DNA from: Podarcis filfolensis | Taxonomy: Eukaryota | DNA length: 64,000 nt | Strand: one strand, 5' to 3' | Assembly: GCA_964270895.1 (NCBI GenBank) | Contig: OZ185441.1 | The notes under the pieces: model-generated | What the model was told of the DNA's origin: nothing | Databases searched by the model: none | Seen by the model: only the letters and a program-made list of their open reading frames with translations | Translations under genes and position numbers: made by a program | Shown: positions 11,515 through 24,056 of the stretch, piece by piece | How the letters are laid out: each line of letters starts with the position of its first letter | Position numbering within the stretch: position 1 is the stretch's first letter

Positions 11515-13047
11515 ATCTCTCTGCTCCTATGAGTACATTAGGCAGATAGTATAAATGACCGTACAAGGTGCAGGTCAGCACTGGAATGTGCTTCTGGATG
11601 TTTCAGGTGACATTCTATTGATTCAAGTGAAACATTGCTGCCATTAAGGTGACACTGCAAGATTACACTGTGGCCCGAGTAGCGGCCGAAGGGTTAAAGG
11701 CAAACCTTACGAGACTGGCAGTGGGCCAAGTGATGTAACCCACGGAGGAAGGCATACAGACTCGTGAAAATGATCTAAGAGGCATTTGAGGAAGTACAAG
11801 TCATAACGGAATGGCCGCCATGGATCAATAGTTGTCTTTTGAAAATAAATACAATTTCAGGCCATATTTGACGGTGAACTGAAAATGATCCTTGCACGAC
11901 CATTTATTTACTTAAACTCGGTAGGAACTGCCAAGCTGTATTAGAGTAAGATATAAAATGCTAGTGCCACACTATTTTAATCAGGTGCAGTCGGAGGCAA
12001 AAGGATATTTTTTGGGGGGTGGGGTGGGGGGAGGTTATTTCACGATTCTCACATCTCAGCCATAACCCTTGGCCAGCTGTGCAGAAATGATTTTCCTCCT
12101 TCTGGATGTTATTAGGCGACTCTGCTCATTTCAAAGCCACAACAGTAACTTTGTTTTCCTTTTCCTTTCCCGCCCTGCTTTTTACACGAGGTCAAAGCAA
12201 CGTGGCTTGTTCCTTATGCATTTCATATGACATTACAAAATAGGCATATTGAATTTGGCTCAGCCTTTCCTTAGAACTATCCATCTTTATTAGCAGAGAA
12301 GCTGGGGATTTGGGAAAGGAGAACACAAGTTATTTGAACAAGGTGCGACAGCCTGAGCATCCTGTCTGTCAAAACAAGGCAGGGGAAGGCACCTTTCTTG
12401 CCCGCTGACACAGAGACGCAGCTGCTGAAGAGGAATCCTTAGCCAGAAGATGGCAGTGTGAGAGTGTGGATTACAAACCCGCCCGCTTCCCCTCTCACAG
12501 GAAACAAGCCGAATAAAAATAGATTTTGACTTGCAAGCATTTATTAAGTAAGCCATTAGTCGCAGCCAGCCTCCTTCTCCCTAAAGATGGGCAACCCACA
12601 AGTATTGTTTAACAAGTGCTCTTTCCCCCTGCCCCTGAAACAAAGGCTGCAGTCCTCCTAAGCATACTAGGTAAAGCCCATTGAAATCCACTGAAATTGC
12701 ATCCAAGGACCCATGGTTAGGATTGGGCAGCTTGCCAGAGAACTATTTAAAGGAGAACTTAGGCGTTCCGCAATTGCTCCGTGAATTCAGAGCTATGCAA
12801 GATGCCACTGAACCTTAGCATCTCTCAAAGCCTCGGGAAAGGCTGCCTTGTAAAAGCAACCTTCATTTCTCTCACACACAAACACAAAGACAGAACCCTA
12901 AGTAACCCATGCCATGCAGTCATTCAGCGAAGAAATTCGGAGAAATTTCAAAAAGCTTCAGGATTCGTTCAGCTTTAGCATAACCTTCTACACACCAGAA
13001 CCTACAAGGTCCAAATTATGCACTACAAGACATTACAGTGCCTAATA

Positions 13048-13278
13048 CAGTGGTACCTTGGGTTAAGAACTTAATTCGTTCTGGAGGTCCGTTCTTAACC
13101 TGAAACTGTTCTTAACCTGAGGTACCACTTTAGCTAATGGGGCCTCCTGCTGCCGCCGCACGATTTCTGTTCTCACCCTGAAGCAAAGTTCTTAACCCGA
13201 GGTACTATTTCTGGGTTAGTGGAGTATGTAACCTGAAGCGTCTGTAACCTGAAGCATCTGTAACCCGAGGTACCACTG
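13048..13278 (+). mobile_element. Tigger-like MITE, copy 2
   Basis: TA-CAGTGGTACCTTGGGTTA...TAACCCGAGGTACCACTG-TA. Confidence 0.9.
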
Positions 13279-14188
13279 TACCAGCCTGTGTCTTATCCCC
13301 AAGTCTCCCTGGAAATAGTTCATGATCAATGACACGACGTCATCATCTTCAGAGGTAAACTCTTTGTTGGCTAGCATTCGCAGGGAGGGAGAGTGTATTG
13401 TCCTTGCCTACTAAGTACTACTGGAGGAGAGAGAGTAGCCCTTTTAGGCTTTCCCTGAAATGTGTGATCTAGTCATTTTATGGAATATGAATGGTACAAC
13501 AGAAGAAATGATTTTTTGATTTTTAGTTTATTGGTTCTAATCTTTTGCATTTTATCTTGTTTTATCTTATTGTACGGCAGCTTTCATTGTTGTTGCAAAG
13601 TGGTTTCTAAATCTGTGAAGAAATACAATAAATTTCTCCCACACCCTTTAAAGAAGGCGTATGCAGCTAGAGGTACATTGGTAGATTTCTGGTAGATCTC
13701 TCTGGGTGATTGACAGCAAATCGGCAAGGGGTTCTGAAGCACAACTGTTTTATCAATAGCAACAACTTCCCCCACTTAAATTAGGTCGCTGCAATGAAGG
13801 AAGCCAACCACAGGGGTCTAGTTTTGTGCAAAAGGACTGTGACCTCAGCTCAGTTCTGGTCCTGAAAATAAACGTGGGCTCAGAATGCACACAGATACAC
13901 CTCATTATTCAATTCTAACTTTATGTCTCAGAATTCTAGTAAAAAAACAAAAAACAAAGTAGATTCAAGTCAAAAAGCATGATTTCTGCCCCCACCCCCT
14001 GCTTCAGAGTATTTGTTCACAAGTGACAGCTCTTTCTTTTACAAAAGGCAGCCATGGGGGTCACCTTGATCCATATAGAGAGAGGGGGAAGCATTGCCAT
14101 TTTCCCACTGAAATTGTCCCTCTCCCACGCTATTTTGCCCCTCCAATGTACTACCTGTGTCAAATAACACCTGCTGGGCAGTGGAGAG

Positions 14189-14381
14189 CATAGGAGCCAA
14201 CTCCTAGGGGCCGTGGAGGCTTCAGCCCCCCACAATAAAATATGTGAGGGGGCTGGACCCCCCCACAAGGTTGATAGGCATTCCCATTCAAATGGTGCAT
14301 GTGCACTGCATCATGTGATCAATTATGCAGGGCGGGGCTTACCTGGGCCCCCACAGTACTTTACTCAAGTTGACACCCCTG
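14189..14381 (+). mobile_element. hAT-type MITE (CATAGGAGCCAACT family)
   Basis: Termini CATAGGAGCCAACT...AGTTGACACCCCTG; 8-bp TSD GTGGAGAG/GTGGAAAG; related inverted copy at 41883-42074. Confidence 0.75.
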
Positions 14382-14978
14382 GTGGAAAGTGGGCTATTAG
14401 GGAGAATGGGGCAGTGTCCCACCAGCCTCAATCTGCACTTAGCAGGCCCCACAACAAGCTTCTGCTAGTGCATCTGATGTGGGGGCCATGTGTGGAGTCT
14501 GGGGGAGTGCAGAATTCACACTGGGACTGCTCCCCCCTACTGTGTTCCTCAACACTACCTATTTTCCACCTCTTGCCAGTGGAAATATCCTGGCATAACT
14601 TTCTGCCAGCACAATGTAATCAGTGGTGGCATATTCCCAAGACCTGCTAACCCAGGGGCAGAGGTACAGTTAGGTCTATGGCTGGTCCACAAGGTGGCAG
14701 GCTCCAGGGAGCTGGGAAAGGTGGCAGATCTGACCTTCTCCGCTGTGTGCCTCCTGCACTTGCACTACCACCACCCTCTGCCTTCTTCCAGGGGCGTAAG
14801 TGTGAGGGAGGCTGCCGGGGTGTTGGCCCCAGACATATTTTTCGGAGACGGGGTGTGTGCTTTGCATTTGGGTCCTCACACAAAACTAGAATTGGTCCAC
14901 CTTTCATTGGTTCTGGTTCCATCTGCTGTTGGGTCCCTTGCTCTCCTCCCTACCTGTGTCGATGGGCACCAGTCAACA

Positions 14979-15424
14979 TTGTTGTTGTTTTTTAATCGTT
15001 TAGTTGTGTCCGACTCTTCGTGACCCCATGGACCAGAGCACACCAGGCACTCCTGTCTTCCACTGCCTCCTGCAGTTTGATCAAACTCATGCTGATAGCT
15101 TCGAGAACACTATCCAACCATCTTGTCCACTGTCGTCCCCTTCTCCTTGTGCCCTCCATCTTTCCCAACATCAGTGTCTTTCCAGGGAGTCTTCTCTTCT
15201 CATTAGGTGCCAAATTATTGGAGCCTCAGCTTCAGGATCTGTCCTTCCAGTGAGCACTCAGGGCTGATTTCCCTAAGAATGGATAGGTTTGATCTTCTTG
15301 CAGTCCATGGGACTCTCAAGAGTCTCCTCCAGCACCATAATTCAAAAGCATCAATTCTTCGGAGATCAGCCTTCTTTATGGTCCAGCTCTCACTTCCATA
15401 CATCACTACTGGGAAAACCATAGC
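14979..15424 (-). mobile_element. Bov-B LINE 3' fragment
   Basis: Minus-strand frames MVFPVVMYGSESWTIKKADLRRIDAFELWCWRRLLRVPW and KTLMLGKMEGTRRRGRQ; (CAA)n tail at about 14979. Confidence 0.92.
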
Positions 15425-16417
15425 ACATTGCTTAAAGCCAATTCCTAAGGTGTTCTGGCTGGCATAAATTGAGCATGGGACTTTGCCCTAACTTGTATAA
15501 ATCCAAAGAAGTTTGTTGTCCTTTTATTTTCAGTGAGATCGTGCTTTCCTAAGGGCCAGACGAATTCTTTTTTAAAAAAGAAAGAAAGAGAGAAGTGGTA
15601 TATTCATTTCATTCCCGTGATCCCGCTAAACAACCATAATGTCATCTCCTCAAAACATGGCAAGATTTGATATATTTTGACTATTTATCTTGCAGGCAAT
15701 AAGTATCCGTTTACCAAACACGCTTCATATATTAACTCAAATTACATTTGGGGCTGCTGTGACTGAAAGTCCCGTAGAGAAAAAGGTGCCAGCCATTTGA
15801 TACAAGAGAGCATCACGTTTAACTTCAGGGAAGAGCAGAACTTGTGATTCTGTCATGCAAGGTGAAAGAGCCAAGTTCTACTTTATGTCAGCATTTAGGC
15901 CATTTGTCCTTATTTAGCTGTCAGTTTTATTACTGTCTGTGATGCACATGACAAACAGGCAGGCCTGCTTTAAAATAAAAATGAATTGGTTTCATACATA
16001 TGTACTGTCTATATGTACAAAAATTCCTTTTAATAATATGATTCTGGTTTCTTCTAGCTAAGGTGAGTGGAAGGGTGTTTTTTTAATAAAAAAAATCTTT
16101 AAATTCTAAACCAGTAGCAACCTTGTTCACTTTTATAACATTCATATTGTGGCAAGGGTGAGTGGATATTTTTGCGTGCAAAAACTCTGTCAGGAAATTT
16201 GGGCTTACTGCAGGTGTTAATAAGAATATTTATATGAATGAATGAGACTGGAGTTAAGCTGCTCTGAAAAAGGTGCTCAACTGAACTGTTTATTTTTCAT
16301 TTCCCTGTAACTGACCCCACCACTATAGACACACTTTGATTTAAGGCACAAATGGTGCCCTAATGGCACTAGAAGTATTTAAGAGTATGAATTAAAGGAA
16401 TACTCCTAACATTTTCC

Positions 16418-16645
16418 TAGGAATGGATGGATTTGTCAGTTTTGGTTCCTCTCATTTCTCTATTTTCCCTGTCTCCCATTCTCCACATGTTCGAATCAGT
16501 TTGAGATTTTTTTTGGAAATAAAAATTAATCAGTATTTAGTGCAAATTTTTCTTAATGCGCAGATCTTAACATGCAATTTTATCTGACATATACATTTTT
16601 GCAAGCAATTTCCCATAATATAATGCATGTTATAGTTTAAGGACA

Positions 16646-16680
<35 letters not shown>

Positions 16681-16800
16681 ATTTGGCTGGAGAACTACAT
16701 CACGCAATTTGGAGATGGAAAGCTGTGTTTTCAGTTTGCATATTATTTGGGAAAGAGTGAATCAGGTGAGTTCACATTGAAACCCTAACTCCCCCATCAC
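16418..16800 (+). mobile_element. Old AT-rich dispersed repeat (TAGGGATGG-type, putative non-autonomous DNA transposon)
   Basis: Shares TTTTGCAAGCAATTTCCC and TTGGCTGGAGAACT blocks with 62468-62856; related copies at 27020-27330 and 49629-49920. Confidence 0.55.
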
Positions 16801-17139
16801 TGGCTTATCCTATGGATTTTAACTATCTTTCTCTTCAGACAAACGCCTCTGCCCTTTCCTCCCCCCAGATTGTGTATATAATGTATAAGTTGCAAATTAC
16901 ACATCCTTACATTATTCTGGAAAAGAGATCAGGGTGGGGAAAGCATTGCAGCTGGTGGTTCCATGCAGGAAGAGGGGCTTGGACAGCTGTGGAGGTGACA
17001 ATTCTACTCTCCTTAAAAATAAAAATGAGTGGCTTCAGGCAAGCAGCCCAACCCAGACTCCCCCACCATGTTCCATTGGGCTGTTCTACTTTAAGAATAT
17101 TCCTTAAGGCCATTTTACTTTTGTTTGCAGCCAAACAAG

Positions 17140-17400
17140 GAGGTCCAGCTCCGAGGTGGTTCCCTCCCTGCGAGAAGTGAGGTTGCAGGGAACCAGGCAG
17201 AGGGCCTTCTTGGTAGTGGCGCCCGCCCTGTGGAACGCCCTCCCATGAGATGTCAAGGAAATAAACAACTATATGACTTTTAGAAGACATCTGAAGGCAG
17301 CCCTGTTTAGTGTAGTTTTAGTTCTGTTGGGAGCTGCCCAGAGTGGCTGGGGAAACCCAGCCAGATGGGCAGCGTATAAATAAATTATTATTATTATTAG
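17140..17400 (+). mobile_element. L2-type LINE 3' end
   Basis: Same family as 2176-2414; (ATT)n/(TAG)n tail. Confidence 0.72.
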
Positions 17401-19074
17401 TAGTGGTAGTAGTAGTAGTAGTATACATTTTATAGGGAGTAACCATGAATTCTGGCTACCTGGTAAGTGTTTGTGCTTGAAATGACCTTGGAAGCCTCCT
17501 TCAGTGCATTGTGGCCCATGTGGCTCTACCTATTCAGCATCATCTGGTTGCTCACCCAGAGCCCAAAGGTGAACAAGGCATTCATGGAAAAGTGCCCACC
17601 TCTCTCTCTGGGTGGTGATGGGGACTGAGATCACAGGATCCGCTCCTCACAGCTGGCCTGAGAGGGAGAGCTGGTGAACGAACAGACAGTGGTGGCTGTG
17701 CTTTTCTGTTGCTGGCAAGGAACAGTCACCACGTCCTGCTGTCTGCGCTTTGACATCCAGTCTTTTCCTGGTGGGCTTTGGTCTGTATAGTCTTCGTTTT
17801 CAACTGATGTCTGGCATGAGAACTTGAGTGGCTAGTAGCAGATCATCATTGTGACATTTTTTTTGCCATCTGGTTTGGTGGTACTAATAGCCTTCACACA
17901 GACTGGCGACGCAGTATATAGGTTTTATGATGAATGGCGTATGCCTACCCTCCCTTACACTTCATGGCCATAAGTGAAAATGATAAAAGCCAGTGACTTT
18001 ACTGCAGCACAACAATATGACTGTCCAGTGTGCTTTCAAATTATACACTCCTAGTCACTTCTGCTAGTCGACATCTTGCGATAAAGCTAGTAAACCCAGA
18101 TGGTCTTTTAAACGTAGATTTGCATATCAAGCAACTCAGCACATTTTTAATTTTTTTTAGATTCTGATTTCATGGATAAAGCACAAATGAGACAAGGGGA
18201 GTCTGTTTTTGCTAAAACATGAATATATTAAGGCACTAGAAAAGAGCAATAAAAGAGATAAGCTTATATGTTTTATTAGATCTGCTTCTTTTGGAGTCTT
18301 CAGGAAGTCTTCTTCAGTGGAAAGTTGGTTAGATTCCCAGACACAGAGAAACAGTGTGCAAGAGCAAAATTACTGCTAAAGTCACTTCTGTTATATAGTG
18401 ACTGGCGACAAAATTCTTCAAAAAGTGAACGAATACATTCGGCAGGCCAGCAAATAATTACAGAGTGGGCCGTTCTGCCTAATGAATACTTCTTTGTAAC
18501 TAGGACTGTAGTTGCCCAATAATTCAATTATTTGAGGAACTACATAGCAAGGGGCAGGCTCTATTTAGGAGGGCAAAGGATGTAACTGCTTTGTGTCACC
18601 AAACACACTCATTTTAAAGTGTGCATCAAGTGGCTGCTTGCACTTCACCAAAACAGGGAAAATGCCTAACTGAAAAACATGACAAAAAAAGTAAGAGACC
18701 TCCATAGCATTTTCATACACACATATAGAAACATAATTTAAATAGAAATACAATACATCCTACCATACTGAAGAAGACTGTGACCAGACAGGTTCAGTCT
18801 GCTGTCCGGGTCTGATAGGCAGTGCCAAGGGCCTGTTCTTCCTTCTTGTGGCTTGTTGCCTTTAAACGGGACTTGGGACCAGACATCCCTTAGAGGACAC
18901 CTGCAAATGGAGAAGTGTCCTTTGACAGCTCTTCCAATAGAGGACTGTCTTTTGTAAAGCAGGGCACATGGTCACCCCAAATGTGTATCCTGGCTTAGGG
19001 ATTTCAGTGGTCCTTTCAATAGCTTACACCCAACAACATCTTTAAATTCACAATGTGGTACTTAACCCCTGTAA

Positions 19075-19886
19075 AATTAGATTTATCATAATAGTGATGA
19101 TCTTTGTTGGAAATGTAAAGAAAAAGAAGGTACCCTTTTCCATATGTGGTGGACCTGTCCCAAGGTGAAAGACTTCAGGGAGAAGATTTATAATGAATTG
19201 AAAAAAATGTTGAAATATACATTTATCAAGAAACCAGAGGCCTTTCTTCTTGGGATAACAGGTTTGGAACTGCCCAAGAAAGATGTTAGGTTATTTTTGT
19301 AAGCCACAACGGCTGCTCGAATTTTAATAGCCAAGAATTGGAAAACACAAGAAATACCAACAGTGGAAGATTGGCAGATGAAGATGATGGACTTCTCGGA
19401 GCTAGCTGACCTGACTGGAAGAATCCGCGACCAGAAAGAAGAGGAATACCAAGAAGATTGGAAGAAATTTAAGGACTATTTGAATAAATATTGTAATATA
19501 AAAAATTAGAAATTACTTGAAAGTACCAAATTGGCTTAGGATCAAATTAGGATTTAATTTAATAAATGGGATTTACAACAGTAAGAAAAGTGAATAAGTT
19601 AGATGACAATTGGAAATATTTTTGCTTAATAATGATATTGGAAAGCTGTTACATCCAGATACAAGGAAACTCAGAAGGGAGGGACTAGGGGAAGTCAATA
19701 ATATGTTTATAAGATTGGATCTTTAAAGAACTATGTTTGTTTTTATTGTTTATTTGTGTATTGTTTTCTTCTTTGATGTATTTTGTTGTTTTTTGTTTCT
19801 GTTTTTGTTTGTTAGTTTGTTAGGCGATATTTGTTATAATTGTGGGAAACTTAATTAAAAATTTATAAAAATAAAATAAAATAAAA
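19075..19886 (+). mobile_element. L1-clade LINE 3' end with ORF2 cysteine-rich (CCHC) domain, containing a stop
   Basis: CWKCKEKEGTLFHMWWTCPKVKDF...KPEAFLLG...(stop)ATTAARILIAKNWK...EDWKKFKDYL, then a 3' UTR with a T-rich tract and an (AAAAT)n tail. Confidence 0.88.
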
Positions 19887-20169
19887 TCACAATGACTGCA
19901 TTGTACCTACATTATACAGCTGTACCTTTGGCCACTGCACTTCCTCTTCCTCTTCGCGACTCTTATGATCAACTCTAAAGGGAGGCCAGTCAACCTCATC
20001 AATATTTGTCTGTTGAGCTCATATCTATTATTTTCCACCGAACCCTTATGAAGCCACATGGTTGGATGCTCAGTCTCCTAAATATCAAGCAGAGTTTGAA
20101 ACATATTACTGGCCTATAAGTTTCCTTGTTACCATGTATTACCCGGTGAACTATTCCCCCTATAATATT

Positions 20170-20405
20170 AGAGCCATAGAATGGTAGGGTTGGAAGGGAC
20201 CTCAGGCCTACCTGTAGTTCAACCTCTTGGAATGCAGGAATCTCAGCTAAAGCATCCATGACAGATGGCCATCCAACGTCTGCTTGAAAACCTCCAAGGA
20301 AGGAGAGTCCACAACCTCCCAAGGGAGACCGTTCCACTGTCAAACAGCTCTTATTTGGTTAGAAAGGTCTTCTTTCGAATCTCTTGTAACTTGAAGCCAT
20401 TGAAT
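20170..20405 (-). mobile_element. CR1 LINE 3' end
   Basis: CATAGAATGGTAGGGTTGGAAGGGACC...GGAAGGAGAGTCCACAACCTCCC is the reverse complement of the CR1 ORF2 end and 3' UTR. Confidence 0.8.
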
Positions 20406-21496
20406 GCATTAATTCCAGGGTTAACCTTGAAGACATATTCATACCTCATTTTGTATCAGGTTCTTGTAATCAAGGGTAAAAGGTGAAACTCCTAGATCTT
20501 AATTTGAATTAATTGTATTTGGGAAGGTTTTTTGGGGGTGCCTTCCCCTCCCCCCTGAATCGATATTCACTTGGGAAGATACAAAACACCACTTAAACAT
20601 TATGGTTAGCATATTTTCCCCTGAGATTTTCTTTTTTGTAGGTGTCATCTGGAATTGCCAGTGGGGTTAATTCTGTGGCTGTTCTATCAAATGTTAGGTT
20701 CCAGTACAGATACTTGTGTATATATGAACAACTGTTTTTTTAATAATCTGCCAGGAAGCTCTAATCTTCCTTTGCAGTTCTCCTGGGATTTAATTAGAAT
20801 GGCTTCCTACAGCCTGACATGTTTATGAGGCATAGGTAAAGAGACAGTTCATAAAGCTGTCAATTTCCTGAGAAATTAAAGAAAAATTGGGCTTCTTAGT
20901 GCCTTGGCAATTCCACACTGCTGATATAGTAGCCTTGCAAACAATGAAATCAAAGGCTCCATAACAAGATGCTGATGCATTAGATATGGACAGGGTTTAA
21001 AAACTATATACAAGAGCATTTGTCAATTTGAATGCCTAAAGAGAGAAGTATGGGAAGCAAAATAGAAATCCAGGTAGCTTCAGACCAGACTGTTCAGTTT
21101 TCAGCAGTGCAAGGATGAATAATAGCCTCTTCATTGCTTCAATGATAACTGCAAATTTGCCTTTCATAAGACAAGTCTTAGGGAATCAAATCTGCAAGAT
21201 GAAAAAGAATTGCACTGAGAGCACAGATCCCTTGCTACCTGCACTTTTCTGCTTACATAAAAGCCTGCGGACTTGGATATTATAGCCACCAGTTAAAAAG
21301 GAGAGCTTGGCATTATCAGCGAAGGGGCAATACACTGATGGTAATTGTGATGATAGAATTTCATCATTATAGACTATGATTACATACTCTATTACTAATA
21401 TATTTTCATATGGCAAATCAGCAAAGCACATTTTCCAGGTGCCACCCTACATACACCTACATAAGAGTCTATGCAATTAAAAAAACCAACAACCCT

Positions 21497-21690
21497 TAAC
21501 CCCTGGATGGTTAAGTCCAGTCAAAGGCAACTATGGGGTTGCGGCGCTCCTCTCGCATTCAGGCCGGGGGAGCTGGCGTTTGTCCACGGACAGCTTTGCG
21601 GGTCATGTGGCCAGCATGACTAAGCTGCTTCTGGTGCAACAGGACACCGTGACGGAAACCAGAGCGCACAGAAACGCCGTATCTATGGGA
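21497..21690 (-). mobile_element. Sauria SINE 3' half
   Basis: Reverse complement matches the 3' half of the full copy at 61552-61911 (GTCATGCTGGCCACATGACCC...GAGCGCCGCAACCCC). Confidence 0.75.
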
Positions 21691-21729
21691 CTGCCTCTTC
21701 TGGTATGCCCCACAGAGGACCTTACGGTC

Positions 21730-21935
21730 TGCTAACAACAACACCTTGAAGCTCACAGGCCCCAGGGAAATTAGACTGGCCTCGACTAGAGCCAGGGCCT
21801 TTTCGGCCGTGGCCCCGGCCTGGTGGACTGCTCTCCCACAAGAGATTGGGGCCTTGCGGGATTTGACATCTTTCCGCAGGGCCTGCAAGACGGGGCTGTT
21901 CTGCCAGGGCTTTGGGCAGGATGCAGTTTGACTTA
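21730..21935 (+). mobile_element. L2-type LINE 3' fragment (second subfamily)
   Basis: AGGGCCTTTTCGGCCGTGGCCCCGGCCTGGTGGACTGCTCTCCC, translating RARAFSAVAPAWWTALP, the typical L2 ORF2 end (RAFSxxAPxLWNxLP). Confidence 0.65.
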
Positions 21936-23167
21936 CTTTCCTTTGTATAAAACAAGCCCGAAGGATGCCTCCAACCCACTCACAGGTCTTTGTATGATCA
22001 GTGGAAACAGTTGGTCCTGGCAAGTATTAACCACTCGCAATTCCAACCTGATAGTTGCCACCTGCCCAGATTTTGACTTGATTCTTTAATTGACTGGCAC
22101 ACTAATGCCCTTCCGCATTAATATCTACAGTCTGAGTTGATGCTGAGTCTTAATTTTCCACCTGTCCTCTTTTGGTTTTACTCTCCTGCTGTGCCTTTCT
22201 CTCTTTCTTACATCCATTTGTCTTCATTAAAGTTCCTTCTTCACCCACCCCCAAGTCTTTGTTCAGAGTCCTTTCCTTCCTAGCCTTTAAAATTATAGTC
22301 ATTACTCCTATAAAAGATATTGTAAGAAGGCATCTGATACCAAGTTCCTCAAATGTGTCTCTTATAAGCCATAAACCACCCGAGGGATAATACTTTCGCA
22401 GTCCCGAACATCATAATTTTGTCTCTTGCGTGATTATTTACCTTCCTGTCTCTTTCTCATTTCTTTCTGGGTTGCTAACACACTTACGGGTTTTATATAT
22501 AATCTTCTGAAGCATCCAAACTAGGAACGGCTCTCTTTTTATATTCTAACACGTATATGATAAAAAGGGGAAATAAAAGTTTATAGGCAGGGAATAAAAA
22601 AGGTGTGGAAGGCTAAGAGAGGCTATGCTATATATAGGTCAGCAAGGTAAAGCTGAGATGGAGCGCAGATCAAAGAAAGTTAAAAATTATTTGACAGCAC
22701 TTGATTTAAAACAGCCACTCTAGGAAGGCTCTTGTAATAACTTATTCTAACTCGCACTTTGCAGATCGCTGAGCTGTCTTGAAAGAATTCAGGGACTACT
22801 GAGCTTGGGCATGGTTTTCACTTATGATTTCTGAGATCAGAAGTGCAATACAGTGGGTCAATGAACGACCAAGATGTCACTCACCCTATTAGGAGGAAGA
22901 GATTAGCACTTTCTTGAGCCACTGAGAGTTCATGGAAAGCAGCCCCAACTTTTGTGCTCCTGAAGATGGTTGACAGTAACATGGGACACAATGGCTTGGA
23001 AAGATAGTTGAAAGCTACCATTGAAATTAATTAGAGATAAGTCCAGTCATGACTAACTTGTTCCATATATTTCAACTTATTCCATTTATTCCAATTAACT
23101 ACATCTGGGCCCAACCCAATACATATCGCCTTGCTTCCCTTTTCTTGTTTCATTTAATCTTTTGCTA

Positions 23168-23290
23168 TAAAGTTACCAGATTGTTTTCAATGAATCCGGG
23201 GACACTTTTCAACTTCAATTGATTTTGTATGGGGACTGATTTGTAAATCCGGGGACTGTCCCCAGGAAACAGGGACATCTGGTAACCTTA
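23168..23290. mobile_element. Short hAT-like MITE
   Basis: Imperfect TIR TAAAGTTACCAGA...TCTGGTAACCTTA with GGGACA subterminal motifs; no clear TSD. Confidence 0.55.
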
Positions 23291-23609
23291 TTTCAGTGGC
23301 AGAGTTTTTCATGTTCTCTCCTTGCACTAGACACTGTATCACTTCAGGACTTTGGTCTTTCATATTTCAGTGGCACCCTGTGCAAGGCCAGCATTTGGTG
23401 CCTCCCGCCTTCCATTCTGCTCATTTCACAATGTCACAGTTGTGATGCCCCCTCGGCTTGGCATCCAGTGCAGCGGAACCAGTCGTGCTGCCCTAAATCT
23501 GCCTCTGATCACTTCATATTACTGCTACTCCCAGCGAAGCAATCTAAACCAGATTACGTGTCTATATGGACTGCATTTGCAGTACCTATAAGAGAAGGAG
23601 TGTATGCCT

Positions 23610-23680
23610 TCCTATGCTAGAATGGTTAGAGCATGGTGCTGACCAGGCCAACATTGCAGGTTTGATCCCCTTATGGGACA
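23610..23680 (+). mobile_element. Degenerate tRNA-derived SINE head
   Basis: GCTAGAATGGTTAGAGCATGGTGCTGA...GCAGGTTTGATCCCC: decayed A and B boxes. Confidence 0.5.
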
Positions 23681-23814
23681 GAATGAATCAGAAGAATCTT
23701 TATTTGCATCAGCCACTAGCCGTAGCAATAAAATAAAATAAAATGAAGATATAGGTAAAAACTTAATTATACAAAGTGCATTCTGGAGGTTTACATCAAT
23801 AATCAAATAATAGA

Positions 23815-24056
23815 CAGTCGTACCTCGGGTTAAGTACTTAATTCGTTCTGGAGGTACGTTCTTAACTTGAAACTGTTCTTAACCTGAAGCACCACTTTAG
23901 CTAATGGGGCCTCCTGCTGCTGCGCCACCACCGGAGCACGATTTCTGTTCCCATCCTGAAGCAAAGTTCTTAACCCGAGGTACTATTTCTGGGTTAGCGG
24001 AGTCTGTAACCTGAAGTGTATGTAACCTGAAGCGTATGTAACCTGAGGTACCACTG
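23815..24056 (+). mobile_element. Tigger-like MITE, copy 3
   Basis: CAGTCGTACCTCGGGTTA...GAGGTACCACTG-TA. Confidence 0.88.

Noticed and set aside
11675-11698. piggyBac-like terminus AGGGTTAA
   Set aside because: No matching TTAACCCT partner nearby; an 8-bp match is not significant.
17436-17468. 27-nt micro-exon candidate ending CTG|GTAAGT
   Set aside because: The acceptor context is a LINE tail/microsatellite; a single strong donor is expected by chance.
17500-17900. Minus-strand open stretch or RT-like DDLLLA motif
   Set aside because: Stops in the relevant frames and no further RT motifs in register; cannot be supported as an exon or a LINE.
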